A stretch of DNA of 63,088 nt, the filler included, from Reclinomonas americana ATCC 50394 (taxonomy: Eukaryota), in NCBI GenBank assembly GCA_048213135.1. It is 6 parts of 3 records of this genome, joined end to end, with 100 filler letters (N's around TTAATTAATTAA, not from the genome) between each part and the next. Parts side by side here need not be neighbours in the genome. Positions count along the whole stretch, not along the records: positions 1 to 11,843 come from PS015340.1; 5 more parts are not named here. One strand, given 5' to 3'. The translations under genes were made by a program, and so were the position numbers. Shown piece after piece: positions 1 through 11,943 of this stretch (the stretch's first letter is position 1; every line of letters starts with the position of its first letter). The notes beneath the pieces were generated by a model. That model ran no database searches. It was not told where the DNA came from and was given only the letters and a program-made list of their open reading frames with translations.

Positions 1-174
1 TGTTGAAGAGGTCCTGGTTGCGGATGCCAAAGTGAGCGGCCAGGTCGGTCCGCACGAATCGCTCGTCGGCAGAGAGCGCCTTGAGCGCCTCAGTCACCGC
101 CTCCTCCACATCAGCCTCGTCCAGCTGCAGGGGCCAGTGCTATTGATGGAGGAGAGAGAGGTGAATCATCCATG

Positions 175-212
<38 letters not shown>

Positions 213-330
213 GCCACACACACCTCCATGCACGCTGACATCCATCGCGTTGCAGCAACGCGCAACTTGCGCTTCGAGGGCTTCAGCCCTCTCTGCCCGC
301 CCGCAGGCGCAATCAGCGCGCGCAGTGAGA
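1..330 (-). CDS. Partial spliced gene of unknown function, running off the window start
   Basis: Minus-strand exon about 1-125 reads LDEADVEEAVTEALKALSADERFVRTDLAAHFGIRNQDLFN after a cag acceptor. An upstream exon ends ..ALEAQ at an A|GTTGCG donor (261-266) in phase 0. No family recognised. Confidence 0.35.
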
Positions 331-1299
331 ACTGTGCGAGCGTCAAGGCCAGCGGGGGAGCAGAATAAGGGTCAGAGTTGGCCCACATCAATGAGAGAGG
401 TGGCGTTCGCTCAGAAGGCAAAGATAAAATGAGTGTGAGGGGGGTGCGCGGGACGTGGGGTACGGGGGTACAGCACTTTTTTGACCTCGGGGTACGGGGT
501 ACAGTCGACCGGGAAAGGTCGGGGTACAGGGTACTCTCCAGCTCTGGCAATCGGGGAACAGCGGTACCCCGTTGTGGTGGTCGACGTCGACGTCGACTCT
601 TGAACTGCATGTCGACCGGGTGATGTTCTCGACTCTCCACGATCCACACCGACTTCGGCGTACACGCAAGCACACAACAACGATCGAATGAACCGTGTCG
701 ACAGTTGCCCATGCTGACTCGACGCTGCATGCATGCACTGGTCTGCAGGTCGATCGATCGGTTGAAACGGTGCCGGCTTGGAGTGAGGTGAATCGCTCTC
801 ATGACACATCGATGCGGCAGCACGACCCCCTCCCCAATCGTTCAAAGTCCTATCGCGTTGCTGGCTTCCGTGCGGACCAGTGCGGACCACAGCAAGCAAA
901 GAGGCAAGTCACATTCGAACAAGATTGGTGGCTGGTTTTGATCGGTTTGGACTGCCCCAGTTTTTCTCATCCACCGATTGTAGCCGTGCAACATGTATTC
1001 CAGTGCTAGAATGAATGTCAACCAGTGCTCGATGGTGAGTACGTGCCGAGAGTGGTCAGAATGTACGCCTTGCAGATTTTCAGCATCAACTGGTTCATTT
1101 ATTGTCTGCAACACAATGTAGAGCGCAGCGTGAAACATCTGGATGGAGACCTCCAATCCCAGTCACGATCGACGATTGCCTCCGAGTCTTCTGTCGATGC
1201 ATCCTCAGTCAGTGGTGCACTCGTGTACTGACGGTACGAGCAGTGGTGTTGGAGTGTAAACCATTACCACTGCTGACGCTCACACAACTGCGCAAAAAC

Positions 1300-2490
1300 A
1301 GTTCACACGTCGCCGAGGAGCTGCGCTGCGCGCGCCTCCACACACACAGCCACACAAGACAGCCCTCCGGCTGAAGGCATCGGTGTCATCCACGAAGCAG
1401 CGCAGCAAGGAGACATGCAGCAAGGATGCCTGCACACACGTATTCACATTCGTGCGAGCGCACTCTGCCTCAGTCTCCGCCACACACACGGCCACGCAAA
1501 AGAGCGTGCACACCGCCGAGGAGCTGCGCTGCGCGCGCCCCCACACGCACAGCCACACAAGACAGCCCTCCGGCTGAAGGCATCGGTGGCATNNNNNNNN
1601 NNNNNNNNNNNNNNNNNNNNNNNNNNNNNNNNNNNNNNNNNNNNNNNNNNNNNNNNNNNNNNNNNNNNNNNNNNNNNNNNNNNNNNNNNNNNNNNNNNNN
1701 NNNNNNNNNNNNNNNNNNNNNNNNNNNNNNNNNNNNNNNNNNNNNNNNNNNNNNNNNNNNNNNNNNNNNNNNNNNNNNNNNNNNNNNNNNNNNNNNNNNN
1801 NNNNNNNNNNNNNNNNNNNNNNNNNNNNNNNNNNNNNNNNNNNNNNNNNNNNNNNNNNNNNNNNNNNNNNNNNNNNNNNNNNNNNNNNNNNNNNNNNNNN
1901 NNNNNNNNNNNNNNNNNCCACGAAACAGCGCAGCAAGGAGACATGCAGCAAGGATGCCTGCACACACGTATTCACATTCGTGCAAGCGCACTCTGCCTCA
2001 CACACACGGCCACGCAAAAGAGCGTGCACACCGCCGAGGAACTGCGCTGCGCGCGCCCCCACACGCACAGCCACACAAGACAGCCCTCCGGCTGAAGGCA
2101 TCGGTGGCATCCACGAAACAGCGCAGCAAGGAGACATGCAGCAAGGATCTGCAAGCCTGCACACACGTGTTCATTCGTGCAAGCGCACTCCGCCTCACAC
2201 ACACGGCCACGCAAAAGAGCGTGCACACCGCCGAGGAGCTGCGCTGCGCGCGCCTCCACACGCACAGGCACACAAGACAGCCCTCCGGCTGAATGTATCG
2301 GTGTCATGTACGAAGCAGCACAGCGCAGCGATGCAACATCACGTCATCGTGGCGTGCAGTGAGGATCTGCAAGCCTGCACACACACGTTCACATTCGCTG
2401 CGTGCAAGAGCACTCCGCCTTAGTCTCCGCCTCACACGACCACGCAAAGTAGCCCACAGACTGCCGGGAAGCTGCGCTGCGCGCGCTCAA
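1300..2490. repeat. Tandem array of about 190-200 bp units, interrupted by N gap 1593-1917
   Basis: The unit ...cacacggccacgcaaaagagcgtgcacaccgccgaggagctgcgctgcgcgcg...agacagccctccggctgaa... recurs at about 1310, 1490, 2005 and 2200, with a decayed copy near 2435. Confidence 0.9.
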
Positions 2491-3059
2491 AGTATCGACA
2501 CCAAGAGGCAATGCACCTTGTTGATAAATCGACAGTACGACTTCAGTGAATAGCCTTCGGCAGTCGCGGAGAGGAAGGGCGGAGGTTGCGGTACACGACG
2601 GAGAAAAAAGACGGGGAACAGGGTGCAGACGCGGCCAAAAAATCGGGGTACGGGGTACAATTGAAAACGCGAGTTTTGGCCGCGCACCCCCCTCGAGTGT
2701 GTGCACAGATAGACTTGTCAGAAATAGCCGGGAATGAAGCGTGTCCCGTCGAAGTGTTGTCAAGGCTGTCTGTCGGGTAGGTCGTGTTTGTCGGGAATGT
2801 CGGGCAGATTCGACAATAATAAAACAACACCACATTCCAATAATGCGACAAACGCCCATAAAGCCCTTGCCGACAATGACCTTGGCATTCCAACAAAATA
2901 CAAACTATGCACGCCGTCCCGCCTGCGCACAAGAAAAAGGCTGCTCAAAAGCACACACGCTGGACAAAAACATTAGAAAGCCTTTGTTGGAGAAAGTATT
3001 ATTGTTGTCGCTCCACTCTCTCTCCACGCCCACTCAAAACTCTGCACGCCGACCCGCCT

Positions 3060-6000
3060 GCGATGATCCCGCCGCGCCTATGCACAAGAAACCGCATGTC
3101 AAACAATCGCACACCTCTCTTCCATGCACCTGCGATCCCACCTTGCTGCTCTGGCGCTGGCTGAGATGGCAGCCAATCTCGTCCACCACGACCTGCAAGT
3201 ACACTTCTTAAGTTTGAGGACCACACAGGCGGAACAACAACCACACTTGCCTCCGCCATGACCACCGCCTCCACGACCTGTGGCGCGAAAGCGGTAAGAT
3301 CGGGCACGGAAACACACGAAGCACGCACACACGCCACAAACCCGAATTCTGCGGCGGCGGCAGGTCACCACCACGCCCTGCATGAAATCAAGAAAAATGA
3401 GTCACCCAGGGTATCACGGCACACGAGAGACAACCCCGAGCTCTGCTGCTGCTGAGGCTGCTCACCACCTCGTCCTGCACGAATCAAGAACAATGAATCC
3501 AAGACACACAACACCCGCGTGAGCTGTGCTGTGTGATGATGTGATTGCTAATTCTCTGCAGTGCAGGCTGTTGCGTGACACTACGGTAATTGTGTGCGTC
3601 GCCATTCGGTGTGCATGCGCTTCTACTGCTGCTCACCGCCTCGTCCTGCACGAAACCCAGAACAGTGAGCGAGCAGACCAAGGAAAACATTGCGGTTGCC
3701 GCACACAGACCTCCTTGTCGTGGCTCCTGTGGTTGCTGGTCACCGCGTCCTGTGGAGAACCAACGACATTAAGTCACTGCAGAGCAGCATGTGCATCATG
3801 AGAGACACGGACAGACCTGCTTGTTGTGGCTGCTGTGGCTGCTGGTTACCGCGTCCTGTGGAGAAACAACGACACAATGTCACTGCAGAGCAGCATGTGC
3901 ATCATGAGAGACACGGACAGACCTGCTTGTTGCGGCTGTTGCAGCTCGCTGCGACCGCCATCACCACCACCGCGACCTGTGCAAATGGATGAGCGTCTCA
4001 CCAACAGCGCACATACACGCGCAACAAGATCAACATTGACGATGCTGACCTCCACGTCCACCTGTACACACGGTGTGAGAAACGACAACCGAGAACATGA
4101 TCATCAACGCCCAGTCTCACCACGCCCGCCGCGACCACCACGACCGCCACCACGATCTGCAATCACCCGTCAATTCACAAGGACGCATCTCGGATTCACC
4201 CTTCTTCCACAAACCTTGCTGCGGCAATTGAGCTTCTTGAACATTGATCGCTGGTTGCTGTTGTGAATGCGGCTGCGGAGGCCCACCAGCACCTTCGAGA
4301 GGGGAAAGTGAGTATCCAGCACGCAATCTCATGCACGAACCACTCAGACGCAACTCTGTGGTCGAGGAGCGCGACCTCCATCACCCTGCTGCTGCTGTTG
4401 CTGTGGAAGTGGCGGCGGCGGCGCACCAGCACCTGACACAGACACTCAACAAACCACACACAAAGCAACAACCAAGGCCACTCAGTCGCAACTCTGTGGC
4501 CGGGGAGCGCGGTTTCCTCCTCCCTGCTGCTGCTGCTGCTGCGGTGGTGCCTGCTGTTGCTGCTGCGGCGGCGCGCCAGCACCTATCGCCGACATTCAGC
4601 GAGCAACACGCAGTGTGGCACGCAAGGCCAATCACACGTAACTCTCTGGTCGAGGAGCGCGACCTCCACCTCCTTGATGCTGCGGCTGCGCTTGCTGTTG
4701 CTGCGGCGGCGCACCAGCACCTGTCACAGACACTAAGCAACCCACACACAAAGCAGGAATCAAGACCACTTATCGAAACTCTGTGGCCGGGGAGCGCGGT
4801 TTCCTCCTCCATGTTGCTGCTGGTGCTGTTGCTGGTGCTGTTGCTGTTGTGGTTGCTGCTGCGGGGGTGCCTGCTGTTGCTGCTGCTGCGGTGCACCAGC
4901 ACCTGTCGCCAATATTCAGCACCCGTACCCGGAATACACAACACACAAGCAACGCAACTCTGCGGCCGCGGTGCTCCTCCCTGCTGCTGTTGCGCTCCTG
5001 GTCGGTCGCCTTTCACGTCCGTGAGAGACGAAGGTGAAGCCGCCTTGATGAGCGAAAAGCACTCACCACGTTGGTTCTGACCACCACGTCCACCTACGCC
5101 ACAGAGAAAGGTAAGTTTCGACAAGGAGGCGATGGTGTGGTTGTCAGCAGCAGCTCACCCTCGAAATGTTGACCACCTCGACCACCTTTGCAACAAGCCG
5201 AACGTGAGAGTAGACAAGGGAGATATGCTGCGAGCAGACGACTGCACACCTTCGTAGTGCTGACCACCTACGCCACACAGAAAGATGAGTTTCGACACGG
5301 AGAGTATCGAAAGACTGTCGGGCAGCTCACCATGTTGGTGCTGACCGCCTCGTTCGCCTTCGCAACGAGCAGAGGGTAAGCGTTGACTTCGGTCCTGAAA
5401 GCAGGCGATTACACACCTTGGTACTGCTGGCCGCCTCGTCCGCCTGCACACCGAGGGAAAGTGAGATGCAAAGAGTTGAAGTTACGCATCGAACCCCCTC
5501 ATGAACACTTGCCTTCGTGATGCTGGCCGCCTCGCCCACCTATGACGAGCAACAAGGTTAGTTTCACCGTGCAGTTGTTTAGACACTTGTACAAGCACAC
5601 CTTCGTGATGCTGGCCGCCACGTCCACCTTTGCAAAGAGTCGATGTGATCATCGAAGCTGCAGCACACAGCGAGACACCTCATGAACACTTGCCTTCGTA
5701 ATGTTGACCACCTCGTCCGCCTTCGCAACGAGCATTGGCCAAGGGTTAGAATCGACTCACGAGAGATACTTAGAACAGGCGATTAAACACCTTGGTACTG
5801 CGGGCCGCCACGTCCGCCTGCACCACGTGGGGCAGTGAGTTGCAAAGCTGAAGTAACGCAGTAATTCCCTCTATGAACACTTGCCTTCGTGATGCTGACC
5901 TCCTCGTCCGCCTTGTCCACTCAGACAGGTCAGTTTCGACTCCGGTGAGCGATAGCAGGCGATTACACTACCTTGATACTGCTGGCCGCCTCGTCCACCT

Positions 6001-9000
6001 GCACCCGCAGAAGGTGAGATTGCACATAGAGAGCATCGATAGCTTGTCCGCCAGCGCACCTTCGTGGTGCTGACCACCTCGTCCACCTTTGCAAGGAGTT
6101 GTTGTGAGCATCAAAGCACAGGGAATACCTCATGAACACTTGCCTTCGTGATGCTGACCGCCGCGCCCACCTTGTCACATTAAAAACGCATCAACACCAA
6201 CAATGCACGCCAGAATCGATTTCACCCTCCACCACGCACGCACCTCTCCGACTCGATTGCTGAAACTGATTGCTTGCCGCAGCCTACCAACCACAGCACT
6301 GAGATTGCTGCTACACAAACGCCACAGTCTAACGACTCACCATCTCCTGAATCAACGACGGCACATCAGATCTCCGCGGAACAAATGCCGCAGCGCTCAA
6401 ATCAAGCGCACGCCCCGCGTCCAACGACGACGGAGGCGGAGCCGCTGGCTTCGAGGGAGGAGGCGGAGGTGGAGGCGGCGGAGGAGCAGGAGGCCGCGGT
6501 GCACCACCAGGGCGAGCCTGCTGCTACGCAATGTGTCAATCACTGCTTTTCTTCTCCCCACCCCTTCTCTCTCCCCGCTTCCGCCTCACCGCCCCCTCAT
6601 CATCTCGCGCATACGGCGCCGACTGTGGTCGACGTCCACCGTCAAACTCCTGCCGACCTCCACCAAATCCACCCCGACCGCCGCCACCTCCTCGCGGTCG
6701 CCGCTCGAATCGCTGACCGCGCCCGCCACGCCCGCCCCGTCCCGATCCGCCCAAGTAGCCATCATCCTCGATGCCAAAGTCGTCGTCGTCGCCACCGTCG
6801 AAAGCGCCAATCTGTGGACCCTCCGGCTGAGACAAGACGCCATCAGTCAGCATGCTACATCTCATCTGGCCGACGAAGCACGCACCACCGCGCCGCTGAC
6901 GAGCAGCTCGATCGCCTGCTGCAGGTTGCCATCGGCCCTCCGCAGAGCCTCGGCGGACTGATCGCGATCCACAAAGCCCATGGACTCGAGGGTCGCTGTT
7001 GTTATCGGAGAGATGAGCAACACAGCATACAGAGTGTTCCTCGATTCTAAGCGACGCAACAGTAATTAGCATGCTCCTGCATTGTCACTGCGTGTGAAAA
7101 CGGTGAGTCATGAGCACAGCAAGCACATTCGCAGGAAAACACGAAACGCTGCACAGCTCCGCCTCGGTAATCAGCACTGAATGGACGGTCGCGTCCACGG
7201 CCACCTCGACCTGAAAGAATGAGGTCAGCAACCAGATGCCTTGCGACGGAATCCACTCAGCTCTGTCTCCTTCACTCGACACGACCAACTCTCTTTGTCC
7301 TCTCCTGGCTCTCACGCCGGTAAGTAATCAACTTTCTTTTTTCTTCTCCCTCATCCCCTCATCCGTCGCCGGCTTCTCCTCACTCCCTTTCGCTTTCTCT
7401 GTTCCTCGTCACAGGCTTTTCACAGATTTTGTCTTCTGCCGTCATAAATATCGTACTCCTCTGCTACTCACTGGCTCTCTCCTTCGGTGGTCATTCTCTT
7501 TTCTCACAGATTTTCTCCTTCTGCGATCCTCACAGATTTTCTCCTTCTGCGTCCCTCACAAGCTTTCTCTTTTTGCGTCCCTCGACTTATTGTCCCCCTT
7601 CTCCCACTCGGAAAGTGCCTGCTCTTGTTCTCTACCCTCACAACCTGTCGCCCTTTCCCCTCTTCACTCACCACCGCGACCACCACGACCCCCTCGCTGA
7701 CTCTCAAATCCTGTGCCAGCAATACAGCTGTGAGCAATGTGCACACGCTTGCGACAGCAAAGACAAACTCTTGAGCGCACCAACTTTGCCGCGTGCACTG
7801 GGTGGTCCGCGCACCGAGCCACCAAGGCGCTTGCCTTCGTCGTCCCCGTCATCATCATCATCGTCGTCGTGATCACGGTCGTTGCCTCCGGCTGGTTTGT
7901 TGGCGGGGCGCGACGGTGGCGGCGGCGGAGGTGGCACAGACGCAGATTTCCCAGGCTGCGCGGGCGTCGTCGACGCCAAGCCAGAGCCACCGGGCTCGGT
8001 GCTGCTGCCCGAGGCGTTCCAGCCCTGCAGCAAGACGGGTGAGAGGGGCCAATATGTGATGGACAATCTCCTGCACGTTTCCTCCCTGACCGTGAGCGGC
8101 TTTCGCTGTCCCTGGTAGCCGGTGCCGACAAAGGAAGTTTGCGCGAGTGGAATCTTGCGCCCCAGCATGCCCTGCGCGACCGACAGGATGAATAAGAAGA
8201 AGAAGAAGAAGAGCAGGCATGTCTGTGCACGACGCACCTTGGGGAGGGGCTTGAACGGCGGCGGTCCACCAGCCACGGGCGCCGCCGAACCACTGGCTCC
8301 TTGCGCAGCCGCAGCTGTGGCTTCGTACGCCTCGGCGGCCTTGACGGAAAAATGACCACGAAGCCGACCGTGTTCCTGGCAACCACGCGCAAGATCAGCA
8401 CGACATGCACGCACACGCCACAAATCAATGTACACAAACCCGCTTCAACGCCCACGCCTCGTACAGATCCTTGACGCGGCCGCCCACCACGCGGATGCAA
8501 CTCGGCGTGAGCAACAATGTGCCATTTCGCACCGTCACGCCCCGCAGCTCGACCTTGGTGCCGGGGGGTGTGTTGATGCTAGCAGGAGCATGAAAGTGGG
8601 TGAGGAAGGCAAAGGGAGCAGAGAGAGGAAAGCAGCGATGAGAAGCAAGAAGCAGTGGGGCAGAGAGGAGTGGCGAACAATGAGAGGCAAGAAGCAGTGA
8701 GGCGGAGAGGAGCAGCGTGAGCAATGAGAGCAATGAGAGGAACGAGAGGAACGAGAGCAGCGAGTGGAAAGGAGCAGCGAGGGGAACGAGAGCAACGAGG
8801 GGAACGAGAGCAATGAGAGCAGTGACGGGAAAAGCAGCGAGAGGACCGAGAGCAGCGAGAGCAACGAGAGCAGTGAGAGCAACGAGAGCAACGAGAGCAA
8901 CGAGAGCAGTGACGGGAAAAGCAACGAGAGCAACGAGAGCAACGAGAGCAGCGAGAGCAACGAGAGCAACGAGAGCAGCGAGAGCAACGAGAGCAACGAG

Positions 9001-10147
9001 AGGAGCGAGAGCAGCGAGAGCAGCGAGAGCAACGAGAGCAGCGAGAGCAACGAGAGCAACGAGAGCAACGAGAGCAACGAGAGCAACGAGAGCAACGAGA
9101 GGAGCGAGAGCAGCGAGAGCAATGAGAGCAGCGAGAGCAATGAGAGCAACGAGAGCAGCGAGAGCAATGAGAGCAACGAGAGCAGCGAGAGCAACGAGAG
9201 CAACGAGAGCAGCGAGAGCAGCGAGAGGAACGACAGGGAGGGGTGCAACAAGAAGAAGAAAAAGCGACTCATCCCCACAAGCGACTCACGTGATCTCTTT
9301 CCCGAGGCTGTACACAGCACAACAAAACAACGCAAGTGAGTCACGCCTGTCAACACTCTCCCTCTCTCCTCCTTGCTCGCCGCACCTTCCATACGAGACT
9401 CCATGCGCGATGATATGCCCATCCGTCAACGACACCTGCAACAGTGCCGGCTCACGATCCTGCGCATGCGCAGGCGCAGTCACATTGCGAATGCGACCGA
9501 CTTGCAGCACGAGAGGACCCTCCAGCTGTTTCCCGGCGACAAGAGATGAGAGACAAGTGAAGACTGATAACAACAATAACAAAAAAGGATGAGAAAAACT
9601 TGAATGTTGTCTGCACGGTTGATATCGTCGGGAAGAACAGCGCGGAAAACGTCTTTCCAGTTCCACTGAGAGAGAGAGAGGGTGAGAGTGAGTGAGACAG
9701 GAAAATCACTGTTAACAGTCACTGATTGCAATCTGCAGTCATTCTCTCACTCACACACTTACACACACTTGCACACACTCGCACACACTTGTACACACAC
9801 ACTTGCACACACTTCCACACACTTGCACACATTTTCACACACTTGCACACACTTGCACACACTTGCACACACTTGCACACACTTGCGCACACGCATCTTC
9901 TTGTCTCTCTCTTCCCTCTTTTCCCTCACTCTCTCTCTCACTCTCTCTCTCCCTCTCTCTCCTCTCACTCAACATTGAGCACGCGCTGCCAGACTTGCTC
10001 CGCACTCATTGCACCCGCAGAAGGCTTCTTTCGCGCCTTCTGCATGCTTGTTCCTGCGTCATCATCATCATCATCATCATCGCTGTCCTGCGCAAGCCAC
10101 TCTTCTCCAGTGGCGTTGAGGAAGACTCCTCGTGACTCAAGTGCCAT
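3060..10147 (-). CDS. TDRD3-like protein: RMI1-type OB fold, UBA, PAM2-like motif and a long RGG/Gln-rich tail; more than 30 exons; no Tudor domain seen; 3' end uncertain
   Basis: ATG at 10147. Spliced exons give VLN|WNWKDVFRAVLPDDIN..|LEGPLVLQVGRIRNVTAP..LLQVSLTDGH..|INTPPGTKVELRGVTVRNGTLLLTPSCIRVVGGRVKDLYEAWALKR..GGPPPFKP, matching the TDRD3/RMI1 N-terminal OB region (LEGPCVLQ, LNTPPGTKV, GGPPPF). UBA: TLESMGFVDRDQSAEALRRADGNLQQAIELL at about 6890-7000. RGG exons continue below 6200. A possible stop lies at 3623, but RGG-type exons continue to about 3060. Confidence 0.8.
5067..6170 (-). repeat. Array of 13 coding microexons (12 x 27 nt, 1 x 18 nt), period about 90 bp, each encoding a GGRGGQHHE-type unit
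   Basis: Each unit reads ag|GTGGACGAGGTGGTCAGCACCACGAAG|gt or gc, for example exons 6144-6170, 6060-6086, 5885-5911 and 5067-5093. The sequences between them are less conserved introns of about 60-70 nt. Confidence 0.8.
8717..9230. repeat. Intronic 9-bp minisatellite (gagagcaac/gagagcagc)
   Basis: Directly visible tandem units lying inside a TDRD3-like intron. Confidence 0.95.
9755..9890. repeat. Intronic 10-bp minisatellite (acttgcacac)n
   Basis: Directly visible in intron 1 of the TDRD3-like gene. Confidence 0.9.
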
Positions 10148-10938
10148 GAGACTGAGAGAGAGAGAGAGAGAGACACGCGCTCAAGGAAGAGTTTGCAATG
10201 TTCCTCAGAGGACACGAGTTCGGTATTGAGAAGTTGTGATAACTCTCTCTTGCTGCTGCAACATGCATGTACGCAACTTCGGAGACGGGGCAAATACAAG
10301 GGGAAAGCTCGATTTGCAACTGGCAGCAGTCTCCGCACGTCGCGACGTGCACAACTTCAGAGGTGCTGCAGATTCGGTCGGAAGGCGAAGTTGGCAACAC
10401 AGTGGAACTCGCTGCTCTCCAGACATCACAGATGGTAGAGACGCCGAGGAAGCAAGTTCGACATTGCAGCTCCTACGTGGAGAAGCGCAGGAGGCGCAGT
10501 CTGACCCTGGCAATGCACGTCATTTATGGTTCCAGGCGAGCCGAGGTGCTGGCAATACCTGTGCTGCTGCTTGCTTGCCCGCTGCATTCCGACGTCGCGA
10601 TCGGCGACCACGTCCTCCGAGATGGTGGCAAGAGAAGGGGAGGATGAGAAGGGACAGAAGAAGTAGGAACCAGGTGTTTTTTTGGGAAAAGGGGACACGG
10701 ACAGCAGAGTGACGTCAGAGTGACAGGTAATAGGAGAAAGAGAGTGAGAGAGAGGCAGTAACACGCTTGAGAGCAAAGAGAGACGCGAGACAATCTGAGC
10801 GTGAGAGAGACGGGCAGAAAACAACTCAACACCTGCGAAACACCACCTGCCGTTGTTTGACTTCTCGTTTTGTGCTTTCCACGCAACCCACTAAGTCTAC
10901 ACTGGGAAATCATCTTGTTTGCGGTCGACGCATGCCGC

Positions 10939-11787
10939 CTAAACGTACTCTTCGGTGGTGTACGATGAGCCGCGAGGCGGATCGACGCGGTACCCGGGCA
11001 CCCAGTAGACCAGCCACCAACTGCGTGACGCGAGTGGAGGGGGAGTGTGAGTTTACGACAGCGGAGGCGAAAGCGAGGCATGCTGTCACGCAACTTGCGC
11101 ATCGGACCCAGCACCAGTTCACAGTTGCGTCTCCAGCCGCGGTCGTAAGGATTGCGGTAGCTCTGCGACGAAGCGGTGTTGCAACGATTAGTCATTTTGC
11201 TCACCCGTTCTCCTCACCTCTCTCTCTCTGTTTCTGTCAGTCTACATAGCTCACTCCTCCTGCTTCCTCTTTCAAATTTCATCGTACTTTGAGCACACAC
11301 TCTCTCACATTTTCTCTCTCTCAGTCTTTCTGCAGGATGCACAGTGTCGTCCACATACGTGCCCCCTCGTTCGTCACCATTCTCTCTCTCTCTCAGAGGA
11401 CCACAAGTCGAACATCGTCGCACCCAACAACTGCCGGTGACTTTCTCATACGACTAGAACGCCCACAACCAGAAGAAGGCTTGCAGTCCTTGTCGACAAA
11501 TATTTTTCGCGTTCAGGCCGGATAGGCCAGCCCACCTGCTCCCTCTCCCTCTCCCTCTCCCTCCCTCCCTCTCTCCCTCTCCATTCCCCCAGCCTCCCCT
11601 TCTTCCACGCAACTGGTGTATGCGCCTTGCGCTCCCGATTCACCACCCATTCCAACGTCGTCTGCCCCGTCAGCAACAAGTACGTGTGCCACACACCGAG
11701 GCCGCCAAGAATGCCGCCGAATGTGCACGACAGGATGAACAGGAAGCGGAGAGTGTTCAAGTCGTCGACGGTGACACCGGGCGGGAG
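10939..11787 (-). CDS. DHHC-family palmitoyltransferase, 3' part (last TM helix, TTxE motif, PaCCT-like motif)
   Basis: Exons 11787-11614, 11162-11095 and 11020-10939 give ..LFILSCTFGGILGGLGVWHTYLLLTGQTTLEW..HTP|SYRNPYDRGWRRNCELVLGPMR|NWWLVYWVPG..YV*. QTTxE and NPYDxGxxxNxxxVLG are DHHC C-terminal hallmarks. The DHHC motif itself lies beyond the contig end. Confidence 0.85.
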
Positions 11788-11843
11788 CTAAAACGCGCGG
11801 GGAGAGGAAAAAGCAGTCAGTGAAACAACAGAGTCCTTCGCCT

Positions 11844-11943
11844 NNNNNNNNNNNNNNNNNNNNNNNNNNNNNNNNNNNNNNNNNNNNTTAATTAATTAAN
11901 NNNNNNNNNNNNNNNNNNNNNNNNNNNNNNNNNNNNNNNNNNN
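11844..11943. other. Artificial assembly linker (44N + TTAATTAATTAA + 44N)
   Basis: An identical 100-nt cassette with stops in all six frames occurs five times in the window. Confidence 0.97.

Noticed and set aside
5067..6170. CRISPR-like repeat/spacer periodicity (27-nt repeats, about 60-nt spacers)
   Set aside because: The context is eukaryotic with no cas genes. The repeats vary at codon third positions and are bounded by AG and GT/GC, so they are microexons.
8535..9592. Long ORFs with SNE, RAT or SLL repeats
   Set aside because: These are translations of a 9-bp intronic minisatellite, open only because the unit lacks stops.
10430..10647. LAMHVIYGSRRAEVLAI resembling tyrosine-recombinase box I
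   Set aside because: It is a single short motif with no HxxR or catalytic Tyr region and no element ends, so it cannot be supported.
11844..11943. TTAATTAATTAA as a biological motif (piggyBac TTAA or PacI site)
   Set aside because: It is always centred in an identical 100-nt N cassette, so it is an assembly spacer.
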